From positions 480,001 through 544,000 of the forward strand of contig CP068257.2 in assembly GCA_009914755.4 (NCBI GenBank): 64,000 bases of DNA, written 5' to 3'. Numbering within the stretch: position 1 is the first letter of the stretch; every line of letters begins with the position of its first letter. Below the pieces are notes generated by a model. It saw nothing but the letters and a program-made list of their open reading frames with translations. It made no database searches and was not told the origin of the DNA. Below, piece after piece: positions 15,001 through 30,400 of the stretch. The DNA is from the human T2T-CHM13v2.0 reference genome, Homo sapiens. A program made the position numbers and the translations under genes.

Positions 15001-18000
15001 TCCCGAGGTGATACAACCCTTGCCTGGTCTCTGCCTACTGTGGACATTGGGACACATCTCTGTACTGATCTCCCAGGCGATATAACTGTTCTCTAGGATC
15101 TGACCACAGGGTGCTTTGTGACATATCCCTGCAGTGATCACCCAGGTGATATACCACTTGCCAAGGCTCTGCCTACAGGGGCATTGCAATGTATCTCTGC
15201 ACTGATCACCTAGGTCTTGTAGCTATTTTCTAGGATGTGCCTACAGGGTGCTTTGTGACGTGTTCCAGCAAGGATTACCCAGGTGATGTACCTCTCATCA
15301 AGGCTCTGCCTACAGGCACATTTTGATGTATCTCTGCACTGATCACCTAGGTCATGTAACTTTTTTCTAGGCTCTACCTACGATGGCATTGTGACATATC
15401 TCTGCACTAATCATCCAAGTGATGTAACTCTTGTCTAGGATGTGCCTAAATTAACTTTTTGACATAACCCTGTACTGATCATCCAGGTGATGGAGCTTTT
15501 GTCTAGGCTCTGCCTAAGGGGGCATTGTGACATATTTCTGCATTAATCACCCAGGTGGCGAACTCTTCTCTCGGATCTGCCTATGGGGGCATTGTGAGAA
15601 ATCTCTGCACTGATCACCCAGGTGATGTAACTGTTGTGTAACCTCTGCCTACAGGGGAATTGTGAGAGATCTCGTCACTGATTACCCAAGTGATGTAACC
15701 GTTGTCTAGGCTTTGCATACAGGGGGCTTTGTGACGTACGTTTGCACTGATCACCCAGGTGATGTATCACATCTAAGTTCGGCCTAAAGGAGCTTTGTGA
15801 CATATCTCTGCACTGATCACTTAGGTGATGTAACACTTTTATAATCACTGCCTACAGGGAATTTTGAAAAATCTCTGCACTGATCACCTAGGTGATGTAA
15901 CTCTTCTCTACCCTCTGTCCAACGGGGCATGGTGAAATGTCTCTGCACTGATCACCCAGGTGATTCAACTCTTGACTAGGAACTGCCTACAGAGGTTATT
16001 GTGAAATATCTCTGCACTGATAAACTAGGTGGTGTAAACCTTGTCCAAGCTCTGCCTACAGGGGCGTTTCCACATATCCCTGAACTGATGACAGAGGTGA
16101 TGTAACTCTTGCCTAGGCTTTGCCTGCAGGAAACATTGGACATATATCTGCACTGATCACCCAGGTGATGCAACTCTTGCTTAGGCTTTGCCTACAAGGG
16201 ACATTGTGACATATCTCTTCAATGATCACACATGTGATGCATCTCTTGCCTAGGCTTTGCCTACAGGGGACATTGTGACATATCCCTGCACTGATCTCCC
16301 AGGTGCTGTAACTTTAGTCTAGGCTCTGTCTACACGGCATTGTGACATATCACTGCACTGATCAACCAGGTGATATAACTCTTGTATTGGCTCTGCCTAA
16401 AGGGGGATTGTGACCTACCTCTGCACTGATCACCCAGGTGATATAACTCTTCTCTAGGATCTTCCTACAGGGTACTTTGTGACATATCCCCGCACTGATC
16501 ACCCAGGTGATCCATCTCTGGTCTAAGCTCTGCCTAAAGGGGCATTGTGACAGATCTCTGCACTGATCACTCAGGTGATGTAATTAATGTCTAGGCTCTG
16601 CTTCAAGGGGCCTTGTCACATATGTCTGCACTGATCACCTAGGTAATGTAACTCTTGTCTAGGCTCTGCTTCCAGGGCATATTGTGACATATCTATGCAC
16701 TGATCACCTTAGTGATGTAACACTTTTGTAGGCTCGGCCTACAGGGGAATCTTGACATATCTCTGCACTGTTAACCGAGGTGATGTAACACTTGTCTAGA
16801 CTGTGCCCACAGGGGGATTGAGTCATATCTCTGCACTGATCCCGAGGTGATACAACTCTTGCCTGGTCTCTGCCTACTGTGGACATTGTGACATATCTCT
16901 GCACTGATCCCCCAGGTGCTGTAACTTTAGTCTAGGCTCTGGGCACACGGCATTGTGACATATCACTGCACTGATCACCCAGGCGATATAACTGTTCTCT
17001 AAGATCTGACCACAGGGTGCTTTGTGACATATCCCTGCAATGATCACCCAGGTGATATACCACTTGCCAAGGCTCTGCCTACAGGGGCATTGCAATGTAT
17101 CTCTGCACTGATCACCTAGGTCTTGTAGCTATTTTCTAGGATCTGCCTACAGGGTGCTTTGTGACGTGTCCCAGCAAGGATTACCCAGGTGATGTAGCTC
17201 TCATCAAGGCTCTGCCTACAGGCACTTTGTGATGTATCTCTGCACTGATCACCTAGGTCATGTAACTTTTTTCTAGGCTCTACCTACGATGGCATTGTGA
17301 CATATCTCTGCACTAATCATCCAAGTGATGTAACCCTAGTCTATGATGTGCCTAAATTAACTTTTTGACATAACCCTGTACTGATCATCCAGGTGATGGA
17401 GCTTTTGTCTAGGCTCTGCCTAAGGGGGCATTGTGACATTATTCTGCATTGATCACCCAGGTGGCGAACTCTTCTCTCGTATCTGCCTATGGGGGCATTG
17501 TGAGAAACCTCTGCACTGATCACCCAGGTGATGTAACTGTTGTGTAACCTCTGCCTACAGGGGAATTGTGAGAGATCTCGTCACTGATTACCCAAGTGAT
17601 GTAACCGTTGTCTAGGCTTTGCATACAGGGGGCTTTGTGACATACCTTTGCACTGATCAGCCAGGTGATGTAACACATCTAAGTTCGGCCTAAAGGAGCT
17701 TTGTGACATATCTCTGCACTGATCACTTAGGTGATGTAACACTTTTATAATCACTGCCTACAGGGAATTTTGACAAATCTCTGCACTGATCACCTAGGGG
17801 ATGTAACTCTTGTCTACCCTCTGTCCAACGGGGCATTGTGAAATATCTCTGCACTGATCGCCCAGGTGATTCAACTCTTGACTAGGAACTGCCTACAGAG
17901 GTTATTGTGAAATATCTCTGCACTGATAAACTAGGTGGTGTAACCCTTGTCCAAGCTCTGCCTGCAGGGGCCTTTCCACATATCCCTGAACTGATGACAG

Positions 18001-18400
18001 AGGTGATGTAACTCTTGCCTAGGCTTTGCCTACAGGGAGCATTGGACATATATCTACACTGATCACCCAGGTGATGCAACTCTTGCCTAGGCTTTGCCTA
18101 CAGGGGACATTGTGACATATCTCTTCAATGATCACTCATGTGATGCATCTCTTGCCTAGGCTTTGCCTAGAGGGGACATTGTGACATATCTCTGCACTGA
18201 TCTCCCAGGTGCTGTAACTTTAGTCTAGGCTCTGGCTACACGGCATTGTGACATATCACTGCACTGATCAACCAGGTGATATAACTCTTGTATAGGCTCT
18301 ACCTACAGGGGGATTGTGACCTACCTCTGCTCTGATCACCCAGGTGATATAACTCTTCTCTAGGATCTGCCTACAGGGTACTTTGTGACATATCCCTGCA
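1..18400. repeat. Beta-satellite (68-bp Sau3A-family) tandem array, higher-order repeat type a (~1906 bp = 28 monomers, ~9.7 copies; one copy ~1830 bp)
   Basis: Every ~68 bp carries the gatc-containing core 'ctgcactgatcacccaggtgatgtaac...ctaggctctgcctacagg...attgtgacatatctc'. Distinctive monomers such as 'gccgaaattaactttttgacataaccctgtactgatcatcc' recur at 256, 2162, 4068, 5974, 7880, 9786, ~11692, ~13603, ~15441 and ~17341, giving an 1906-bp spacing. Identical minus-strand ORF translations recur at the same spacing. Confidence 0.9.
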
Positions 18401-21400
18401 CTGATCACCCAGGTGATCTAACTCTGGTCTAAGCTCTTCCTAAAGGGGCATTGTGACAGATCTCTGCACTGATCACTCAGGTGATGTAACTGTTGTCTAG
18501 GCTCTGCTTCAAGGGGCCTTGTCACAAGTCTCTGCACTGATCACCGAGGTGATGTAACTCTTTTCTAGCCTCTGCTTTCACGGCATATTGTGACATATCC
18601 ATGCGCTGATCACCTTAGTGATGTAACACTTGTGTAGGCTCGGCCTACAGGGGAATCTTGACATATCTCTGCACTGTTAACCGAGGTGATTTAACTCTTC
18701 TCTAGGCTGTGCCCACAGGGGTATTGAGACATATCTCTGCACTGATCCCGAGGTGATCCAACTCTTGCCTGGTCTCTGCCTACTGGGGACATTGTGACAT
18801 ATCTCTGCACTGATCTCCCTTGTGCTGCAACATTCGTCTAGGCTCTGGCTACACGACATTGTGACATATCAGTGCACTGATCACATAGGTGATATAACTC
18901 TTGTCTAGGCTCTGCCTACAATGGTCTTGTGACATATCTCTGCACTGATCACCCAGGTGATATAACTATTCTCTAGGATCTGACCACAGGGTGCTTTGTG
19001 ATGTATCCCTGCAATGATCACCCAGGTGATATACCACTTGCCAATGCTCTGCCTACAGGGGCATTGCAATGTATCTCAGCACTGATCACCCAGGTCTTGT
19101 AACTCTTTTCTAGGATCTGCCTACAGGGTGTTTGTGACGTATCCCAGCAAGTATTACCCAGGTGATGTACTGCTCATCAAGGCTCTGCCTACAGGCACAT
19201 TGCGATGTATCTCTGCACTGATCACCTAGGTCATGTAACCTTTGTCTAGTCTCTGCCTACGATGGCATTGTGACATATTTCTGCACTAATCATCCAAGTG
19301 ATGTAACTCTTTTCTAGGATCTGCCTACATTAACTTTGTGACATAATCCTGTACTGATCATCCAGGTGATGGGGTTTTTGTCTAGGCTCTGCCTAAGGGG
19401 GCATTGTGACATATTTCTGCATTGATCACCCAGGTGGTGAACTCTTCTCTTGGATCTGCCTATGGGGGCATTGTGACAAATCTCTGCACTGATCACCCAG
19501 GTGTCGTAACTGTTGTGTAACCTCTGCCTACAGGGGAATTGTGAGAGATCTCGCCACTGATCACCCAAGTGATGTAACCATTGTCTAGGCTTTGCGTACA
19601 GGGGGCTTTGTGACATACCTTTGCACTGATCACCCAGGTGATGTAACACATCTAAGTTCGGCCTAAAGGAGCTTTGTGACATATCTCTGCACTGATCACT
19701 TAGGTGATGTAACACTTTTATAAGAACTGCCTACAGGGAATTTTGACAAATATGTACACTGATCACCTAGGTGATGTAACTCTTGTCTACCCTCTGTCCA
19801 ACGGGGCATTGTGAAATATCTCTGCACTGCTGACCCAGGTGATTCAACTCTTGACTAGGATCTGCCTACAGAGGATATTGTGAAATATCTCTGCACTGAA
19901 AAACTAGGTGGTGTAACCCTTGTCCAAGTTTTCCCTACAGGGGCGTTTTCACATATCCCTGAACTGATGACAAAGGTGATGTAACTCTTGCCTATGCTTT
20001 GCCTACAGGGGACATTGGACATATATCTGCACTGATCACCCAGGTGATGCAACTCTTGCCTAGGCTTTGCCTACAGGGGACATTGTGACATATCTCTTCA
20101 ATGATCACCCATGTGATGCAACGCTTGCCTAGGCTTTGCCTACAGGGGACATTGTGACATATCTCTGCACTGATTTCCCAGGTGCTGTAACTTTAGGCTA
20201 GGCTCTGGCTACACGGCATTGTGATATATCACTGCACTGAACAACCAGGTGATATAACCCCTGTATAGGCTCTGTCTACAGGGGGCTTGTGACATATCTC
20301 TCCACGGATCACCCAGGTGATATAGCTCTTCTCTAGGATCTGCCTACAGGGTGCTTTGTGACATATCCCTGCACTGATCACCCTGGTGATCTAACTCTTG
20401 TCTAAGCTCTTCCTAAAGGGGCATTGTGACAGATCTCTGCACTGATCACTCAGGTGATGTAACTGTTGTCTAGGCTCTGCTTCAAGGGGCCTTGTCACAA
20501 ATCTCTGCACTGATCACCCAGGTGATGTAACTCTTGTCTAGGCTCTGCTTCCAGGGCATATTGTGACATATCTATGCACTGATCACCTTAGTGATGTAAC
20601 ACTTGTGTAGGCTCGGCCTACAGGGGAATCTTGACATACTCTGCACTGTTAAACGAGGTGATTTAACTCTTCTCTAGGCTGTGCCCACAGGAGGATTGAG
20701 ACATATCTCTGCACTGATCCCGAGGTGATCCAACTCTTGCCTGGTGTCTGCCTACTGGGGACATTGTGACATATCTCTGCACTGATCTCCCTTGTGCTGC
20801 AACTTTAGTCTAGGTTCTGGATACACGACATTGTGACATATCAGTGCACTGATCACATAGGTGATATAACTCTTGTCTAGGCTCTGCGTACAATGGTCTT
20901 GTGACATATCTCTGCACTGATCATCCAGGTGATATAACTATTCTCTAGGATCTGACCACAGGGTGCTTTGTGACATATCCCTGCAATGATCACCCAGGTG
21001 ATATACCACTTGCCAAGGCTCTGCCTACAGGGGCATTGCAATGTATCTCAGCACTGATCACCTAGGTCTTGTAACTCTTTTCTAGGATATGCCTACAGGG
21101 TGCTTTGTGACGTATCCCAGCAAGGATTACCCGGGTGATGTACCGCTCATCAAGGCTCTGCCTACAGGCACATTGCGATGTATCTCTGCACTGATCACCT
21201 AGGTCATGTAACCTTTGTCTAGTCTCTGCCTACGATGGCATTGTGACATATTTCTGCACTAATCATCCAACTGATGTAACTCTTGTCTAGGATCTGCCTA
21301 CATTAACTTTGTGATATAATCCTGTACTGATCATCCAGGTGATGGGGTTTTTGTCTAGGCTCTGCCTAAGGGGGTATTGTGACATATTTCTGCATTGATC

Positions 21401-24400
21401 ACCCAGGTGGCGAACTCTTCTCTTGTATCTGCCTATGCGGGCATTGTGACAAATCTCTGCACTGATCACCCAGGTGTCGTAACTGTTGTGTAACCTCTGC
21501 CTACAGGGGAATTGTGAGAGATCTCGCCACTGATCACCCAAGTGATGTAACCATTGTCTACGCTATGCGTACAGGGGGCTTTGTGACATACCTTTGCACT
21601 GATCACCCAGGTGATGTAACACATCTAAGTTCGGCCTAAAGGAGCTTTGTGACATATCTCTGCACTGATCACTTAGGTGATGTACCACTTTTATAAGCAC
21701 TGCCTACAGGGAATTTTGACAAATCTGTACACTGATCACCTAGGTGATGTAACTCTTGTCTACCCTCTGTCCAACGGGGCATTGTGAAATATCTCTGCAC
21801 TGATGACCCAGGTGATTCAACTCTTGACTAGGAACTGCCTACAGAGGTTATTGTGAAATATCTCTGCACTGATAAACTAGGTGGTGTAACCCTTGTCCAA
21901 GTTCTGCCTACAGGGGCGTTTTCACATATCCCTGAACTGATGACAAAGGTGATGTAACTCTTGCCTAGGCTTTGCCTACAGGGGACATTGGACATATATC
22001 TGCACTGATCACCCAGGTGATGCAACTCTTGCTTAGGGTTTGCCTACAGGGGACATTGTGACATATCTCTTCAATGATCACCCATGTGATGCAACTCTTG
22101 CCTAGGCTTTGCCTACAGGGGACATTGTGACATATCTCTGCACTGATTTCCCAGGTGCTGTAACTTTAGGCTAGGCTCTGGCTACACGGCATCGTGACAT
22201 ATCACTGCACTGAACAACCAGGTGATATAACCACTGTATAGGCTCTGCCTACATGGGGCTTGTGACATATCTCTGCACGGATCACCCAGGTGATATAGCT
22301 CTTCTCTAGGATCTGCCTACAGGGTGCTTTGTGATATATCCCTGCACTGATCACCCAGGTGATCTAACTCTGGTCTAAGCTCTTCCTAAAGGGGCATTGT
22401 GACAGATCTCTGCACTGATCACTCAGGTGTTGTAACTGTTGTCTAGGCTCTGCATCAAGGGGCCTTGTCACAACTCTCTGCATTGATCACCCAGGTGATG
22501 TAACTCTTGTCTAGGCTCTGCTTCCAGGGCATATTGTGACATATCTATGCACTGATCACCTTAGTGATGTAACACTTGTGTAGGCTCGGCCTACAGGGGA
22601 ATCTTGACATATCTCTGCACTGTTAACCGAGGTGATTTAATTCTTCTCTAGGCTGTGCCCACAAGGGATTGAGACATATCTCTGCACTGATCCCGAGGTG
22701 ATCCAACTCTTGCCTGGTCTCTGCCTACTGGGGACATTGTGACATATCTCTGCACTGATCTCCCTTGTGCTGCAACTTTCGTCTAGGCTCTGGCTACACG
22801 ACATTGTGACATATCAGTGCACTGATCACATAGGTGATATAACTCTTGTCTAGGCTCTGCCTACAATGGTCTTGTGACATATCTCTGCACTGATCACCCA
22901 GGTGATATAACTATTCTCTAGGATCTGACCACAGGGTGCTTTGTGACATATCCCTGCAATGATCACCCAGGTGATATACCACTTGCCAAGGCTCTGCCTA
23001 CAGGGGCATTGCAATGTATCTCAACACTGCTCACCTAGGTCTTGTAACTCTTTTCTAGGATCTGCCTACAGGGTGCTTTGTGACGTATCCCAGCGAGGAG
23101 TACCCAGGGGATGTACCGCTCATCAAGGCTCTGCCTACAGGCACATTGCGATGAATCTCTGCACTGATCACCTAGGTCATGTAACCTTTGTCTAGTCTCT
23201 GCCTATGATGGCATTGTGACATATGTCTGCACTAATCATCCAAGTGATGTAACTCTTGTCTAGGATCTGCCTACATTAACTTTGTGACATAATCCTGTAC
23301 TGATCATCCAGGTGATGGGGTTTTTGTCTAGGCTCTGCCTAAGGGGGCATTGTGACATATTTCTGCGTTGATCACCCAGGTGGTGAACTCTTCTCTTGGA
23401 TCTGCCTATGGGGGCATTGTGACAAATCTCTGCACTGATCACCCAGGTGATGTAACTGTTGTGTAACCTCTGCCTACAGGGGAATTGTGAGAGATCTCGC
23501 CACTGATCACCCAAGTGATATAACCATTGTCTAGGCTTTGCGTACAGGCGGCTTTGTGACATACCTTTGCACTGATCAGCCAGGTGATGTAACACATCTA
23601 AGTTCGGCCTATAGGAGCTTTGTGACATATCTCTGCACTGATCACTTAGGTGATGTAACACTTTTATAAGCACTGCCTGCAGGGAATTTTGACAAATCTG
23701 TACACTGATCACCTAGGTGATGTAACTCTTGTCTACCCTCTGTCCAACGGGGCATTGTGAAATATCTCTGCACTGATGACCCAGGTGATTCAACTCTTGA
23801 CTAGGATCTGCCTACAGAGGTTATTGTGAAATATCTCTGCACTGATAAACTAGGTGGTGTAAACCTTGTCCAAGTTCTGCCTACAGGGGCGTTTTCACAT
23901 ATCCCTGAACTGATGACAAAGGTGATGTAACTCTTGCCTAGGCTTTGCCTACAGGGGACATTGTGACATATCTCTTCAATGATCACCCATGTGATGCAAC
24001 TCTTGCCTAGGCTTTGCCTACAGGGGACATTGTGACATATCTCTGCACTGATTTCCCAGGTGCTGTAACTTTAGGCTAGGCTCTGGCTACACGGCATTGT
24101 GATATATCACTGCACTGAACAACCAGGTGATATAACCCCTGTATAGGCTCTGTCTACAGGGGGCTTGTGACATATCTCTGCACGGATCACCCAGGTGATA
24201 TAGCTCTTCTCTAGGATCTGCCTACAGGGTGCTTTGTGACATATCCCTGCACTGATCACCCTGGTGATCTAACTCTGGTTTAAGCTCTTCCTAAAGGGGC
24301 ATTGTGACAGATCTCTGCACTGATCACTCAGGTGATGTAACTGTTGTCTAGGCTCTGCTTCAAGGGGCCTTGTCACAAATCTCTGCACTGATCACCCAGG

Positions 24401-27400
24401 TGATGTAACTCTTGTCTAGGCTCTGCTTCCAGGGCATATTGTGACATATCTATGCACTGATCACCTTAGTGATGTAACACTTGTGTAGGCTCGGCCTACA
24501 GGGGAATCTTGACATACTCTGCACTGTTAAACGAGGTGATTTAACTCTTCTCTAGGCTGTGCCCACAGGAGGATTGAGACATATCCCTGCACTGATCCCG
24601 AGGTGATCCAACTCTTGCCTGGTCTCTGCCTACTGGGGACATTGTGACATATCTCTGCAGTGATCTCCCAGGTCCTGCAACTTTAGTCTAGGCTCTGGCT
24701 ACACGACATTGTGACATATCACTGCACTGATCACCCAGGTGATATAACTCTTGTCTAGGCTCTGCCTACAATGGTCATGTGACATATCTCTGCACTGATC
24801 ACCCAGGTGATATAACTATTCTCTAGGATCTGACCACAGGGTGCTTTGGGCATATCCCTGCAATGATCACCCAGGTGATATACCACTTGCCAAGGCTCTG
24901 CCTACAGGGGCATTGCAATGTATGTCTGCACTGATCACCTAGGCCTTGTAACTCTTTTCTAGGATCTGCCTACAGGGTGCTTTGTGACGTATCCCAGCAA
25001 GGATTACCCAGGTGATGTACCGCTCATCAAGGCTCTGCCTACAGGCACATCGCGATGTATCTCTCCACTGATCACCTAGGTCATGTAACCATTGTCTAGG
25101 CTCTGCCTACGATGGCATTGTGACATATCTCTGCACTAATCATCCAAGTGATGTAACACTTGTCTAGGATCTGCCTAAATTAACATTGTGACATAACCCT
25201 GTACTGATCATCCAGGTGATGGGGCTTTTGTCTAGGCTCTGCCTAAGGGGGCATTGTGACATATTTCTGCATTGATCACCCAGGTGGCGAACTCTTCTCT
25301 TGGATCTGCCTATGGGGGCATTGTGACAAATCTCTGCACTGATCACCCAGGTGACGTAACTGTTGTGTAACCTCTGCCGACAGGGGAATTGTGAGAGATC
25401 TCGCCACTGATTACCCAAGTGATATAACCATTGTCTAGGCTTTGCGTACAGGCGGCTTTGTGACATACCTTTGCACTGATCACCCAGGTGATGTAACACA
25501 TCTATGTTCGGCCTAAAGGCGCTTTGTGACATATCTCTGCACTGATCACTTAGGTGATGTAACACTTTTATAACCACTGCCTACAGGGAATTTTGACAAA
25601 TCTGTACACTGATCACCTAGGTGACGTAACTCTTGTCTACCCTCTGTCCAACGGGTCATTGTGAAATATCTCTGCACTGATCACCCAGGTGATTCAATTC
25701 TTGACTAGGATCTGCCTACAGAGGTTATTGTGAAATATCTCTGCACTGATAAACTAGGTGGTGTAAACCTTGTCCAAGCTCTGACTACAGGGGCGTTTTC
25801 ACATATCCCTGAACTGATGACAGAGGTGATGTAACACTTGCCTAGGCTTTGCCTACAGGGGACATTGGTCATATATCTGCACTGATCTCCCAGGTGATGC
25901 AACTCTGGCCTAGGCTTTGCCTACAGGGGACATTGTGACATATCTCTTCAATGATCACCCATGTGATGCAACTCTTGCCTAGGCTTTGCCTAAAGGGGAC
26001 ATTGTGACATATCTCTGCACTGATCTCCCAGGTGCTGTAACTTTAGTCTAGGCTCTGGCTAGACGGCATTGTGACATATCACTGCACTGATCAACCAGGT
26101 GATACAACTCTTGTATAGGCTCTGCCTACAGGGGGCTTGTGACATATCTCTGCACTGATCACCCAGGTGATATAGCTCTTCTCTAGGATCTGCCTACAGG
26201 GTGCTTTGTGACATATCCCTGCACTGATCACCCAGGTGATCTAACTCTGGTCTAAGCTCTGCCTAAAGGGTCATTGTGACAGATCTCTGCACTGATCACT
26301 CAGGTGATGTGACTGTTGTCTAGGCTCTGCTTCAAGGGGCCTTGTCACATATCTCTGCACTGATCACCCAGGTGATGTAACTCTTGTCTAGGCTCTGCTT
26401 CCAGGGCATATTGTGACATATCTATGCACTGATCACCTTAGTGATGTAACACTTGTGTAGGCTCGGCCTACAGGGGAATCTTGACATATCTCTGCACTGT
26501 TAACCGAGGTGATTTAACTCTTGTCTAGGCTGTGCCCACAGGGGGTTTGAGACATATCTCTTCACTGATCCCGAGGTGATCCAACTCTTGCCTGGTCTCT
26601 GCCTACTGGGGACATTGTGACATATCTCTGCACTGATCTCCCAGGTGCTGCAACTTTAGTCTAGGCTCTGGGTACACGACATTGTGAAATATCACTGCAC
26701 TGATCACCCAGGTGATATAACTCTTGTCTAGGCTCTGCCTACAATGGTCTTGTGACATATCTCTGCACTGATCACCCAGGTGATATAACTATTCTCTAGG
26801 ATCTGACCACAGGGTGCTGTGTGACATATCCCTGCAATGATCACCCAGGTGATATACCACTTGCCAAGGCTCTGCCTACATGGGCATTGCAATGTATCAC
26901 TGCATTGATCACCTAGGTCTTGTAACCCTTTTCTAGGATCTGCCTACAGGGTGCTTTGTGACGTATCCCAGCAAGGATTACCCAGGTGATATACCGCTCA
27001 TCAAGGCTCTGCCTACAGGCACATTGCGATGTATCTCTGCACTGATCACCTAGGTCATGTAAGCTTTGTCCAGGCTCTGCCTACGATGGCATTGTGACAT
27101 ATCTCTGCACTAATCATCCAAGTGATGTAACACTTGTCTAGGATCTGCCTAAATTAACTTTTTGACATAACCCTGTACTGATCATCCAGGTGATGGAGCT
27201 TTTGTCTAGGCTCTGCCTAAGGGGGCATTGTGACATATTTCTGCATTGATCACCCAGGTGGCGAACTCTTCTATTGGATCTGCCTATGGGGGCATTGTGA
27301 CAAATCTCTGCACTGATCACCCAGGTGACGTAACTGTTGTGTAACCTCTGCCGACAGGGGAATTGTGAGAGATCTCGCCACTGATCACCCAAGTGATGTA

Positions 27401-30400
27401 ACCATTGTCTACGCTTTGCGTACAGGTGGCTTTGTGACATACCTTTGCACTGATCACCCAGGTGATGTAACACATCTATGTTCGGCCTAAAGGAGCTTTG
27501 TGACATATCTCTGCACTGATCACTTAGGTGATGTAACACTTTTATAACCACTGCCAACAGGGAATTTTGACAAATCTGTACACTGATCACCTAGGTGACG
27601 TAACTCTTGTCTACCCTCTGTCCAACGGGTCATTGTGAAATATCTCTGCACTGATCACCCAGGTGATTCAACTCTTGACTAGGATCTGCCTACAGAGGTT
27701 ATTGTGAAATATCTCTGCACTGATAAACTAGGTGGTGTAAGACTTGTCCAAGCTCTGCCTACAGGGGCGTTTTCACATATCCCTGAACTGACGACAGAGG
27801 TGATGTAACACTTGCCTAGGCTTTGCCTACAGGGGACATTGGACATATATCTGCACTGATCTCCCAGGTGATGCAACAATGGCCTAGGCTTTGCCTACAG
27901 GGGACATTGTGACATATCTCTGCACTGATCTCCCAGGTGCTGTAACTTTAGTCTAGGCTCTGGCTACACGGCCTTGTGACATATCACTGCACTGATCAAC
28001 CAGGTGATATAACTCTTGTATTGGCTCTGCCTACAGGGGGCTTGTGACATATCTCTGCACTGATCACCCAGGTGATATAGCTCTTCTCTAGGATCTCCCT
28101 ACAGGGTGCTTTGTGACATATCCCTGCACTGATCACCCAGGTGATCTAACTCTGGTCTAAGCTCTACCTAAATGGGCATTGTGACAGATCTCTGCACTGA
28201 TCACCCAGGTGATGTACTTGTTGTCTACGCTCTGCTTCAAGGGGCCTTGTCACATATCTCTGCACTGATCACCCAGGTGATGTAACTCTTGTCTAGGCTC
28301 TGCTTGCAGGGCATATTGTGACATATCTATGCACTGATCACCTTAGTGATGTACCACTTGTGTAGGCTCGGCCTACAGGGGAATCTTGACAAATCCCTGC
28401 ACTGTTAACCGAGGTGATTTAACTCTTGTCTAGGCTGTGCCCACAGGGGGTTTGAGACATATCTCTGCACTGATCTCGAGGTGATCCAACTCTTGCCTGG
28501 TCTCTGCCTACTGGGGACATTGTGACATATCTCTGCACTGATCTCCCAGGTGCTGCAACTTTAGTCTAGGCTCTGGGTACACGACATTGTGACATATCAC
28601 TGCACTGATCACCCAGGTGATATAACTCTTGTCTAGGCTCTGCCTACAATGGTCTTGTGACATATCTCTGCACTGATCACCCAGGTGATATAACTATTCT
28701 CTAGGATCTGACCACAGGGTGCTGTGTGACATATCCCTGCAATGATCACCCAGGTGATATACCACTTGCCAAGTCTCTGCCTACATGGGCATTGCAATGT
28801 ATCTCTACACTGATCACCTAGGTCTTGTAACTCTTTCTAGGATCTGCCTACAGGGTGCTTTGTGACGTATCCCAGCAAGGATTACCCAGGTGATGTACCG
28901 CTCATCAAGGCTCTGCCTACAGGCACATCGCGATGTATCTCTGCACTGATCACCTAGGTCATGTAACCTTTGTCTAGGCTCTGCCTACGATGGCATTGTG
29001 ACATATCTCTGCACTAATCATCCAAGTGATGTAACACTTGTCTAGGATCTGCCTAAATTAACTTTGTGACATAACCCTGTACTGATCATCCAGGTGATGT
29101 GGCTTTTGTCTAGGCTCTGCCTAAGGGGGCATTGTGACATATTTCTGCATTGATCACCCAGGTGGCGAACTCTTCTCTTGGATCCGCCTATGGGGGCATT
29201 GTGACAAATCTCTGCACTGATCACCCAGGTGACGTAACTGTTGTGTAACCTCTGCCGACAGGGGAATTGTGAGAGATCTCGCCACTGATCACCCAAGTGA
29301 TGTAACCATTGTCTAGGCTTTGCGTACAGGCGGCTTTGTGACATACCTTTGCACTGATCACCCAGGTGATGTAACACATCTATGTTCGGCCTAAAGGAGC
29401 TTTGTGACATATCTCTGCACTGATCACTTAGGTGATGTAACACTTTTATAACCACTGCCTACAGGGAATTTTGACAAATCTGTACACTGATCACCTAGGT
29501 GACGTAACTCTTGTCTACCCTCTGTCCAACGGGTCATTGTGAAATATCTCTGCACTGATCACCCAGGTGATTCAACTCTTGACTAGGATCTGCCTACAGA
29601 GGTTATTGTGAAATATCTCTGCACTGATAAACTAGGTGGTGTAAGCCTTGTCCAAGCTCTGCCTACAGGGGCGTTTGCACATATCCCTGAACTGATGACA
29701 GAGGTGATGTTACACTTGCCTAGGCTTTGCCTACAGGGGACATTGGACATATATCTGCAGTGATCTCCCAGGTGATGCAACTCTGGCCTAGGCTTTGACT
29801 ACAGGGGACATTGTGACATATCTCTTCAATGATCACCCATGTGATGCAACTCTTGCCTAGGCTTTGCCTAAAGGGGACATTGTGACATATCTCTGCACTG
29901 ATCTCCCAGGTGCTGTAACTTTAGTCTAGGCTCTGGCTACACGGCATTGTGACATATCACTGCACTGATCAACCAGGTGATATAACTCTTGTATAGGCTC
30001 TGCCTACAGGGGGATTGTGACATATCTCTGCACTGATCACCCAGGTGATATAGCTCTTCCTTAGGATCTGCCTACAGGGTGCTTTGTGACATATCCCTGC
30101 ACTGATCACCCAGGTGATCTAACTCTGGTCTAAGCTCTGCCTAAAGGGGCATTGTGACAGACCTCTGCACTGATCACTCAGGTGATGTAACTGTTGTCTA
30201 GGCTCTGCTTCAAGGGGCCTTGTCACATATCTCTGCACTGATCACCCAGGTGATGTAACTCTTGTCTAGGCTCTGCTTCCAGGGCATATTGTGACATATC
30301 TATGCACTGATCACCTTAGTGATGTAACACTTGTGTAGGCTCGGCCTACAGGGGAATCTTGACATATCTCTGCACTGTTAACCGAGGTGATTTAACTCTT

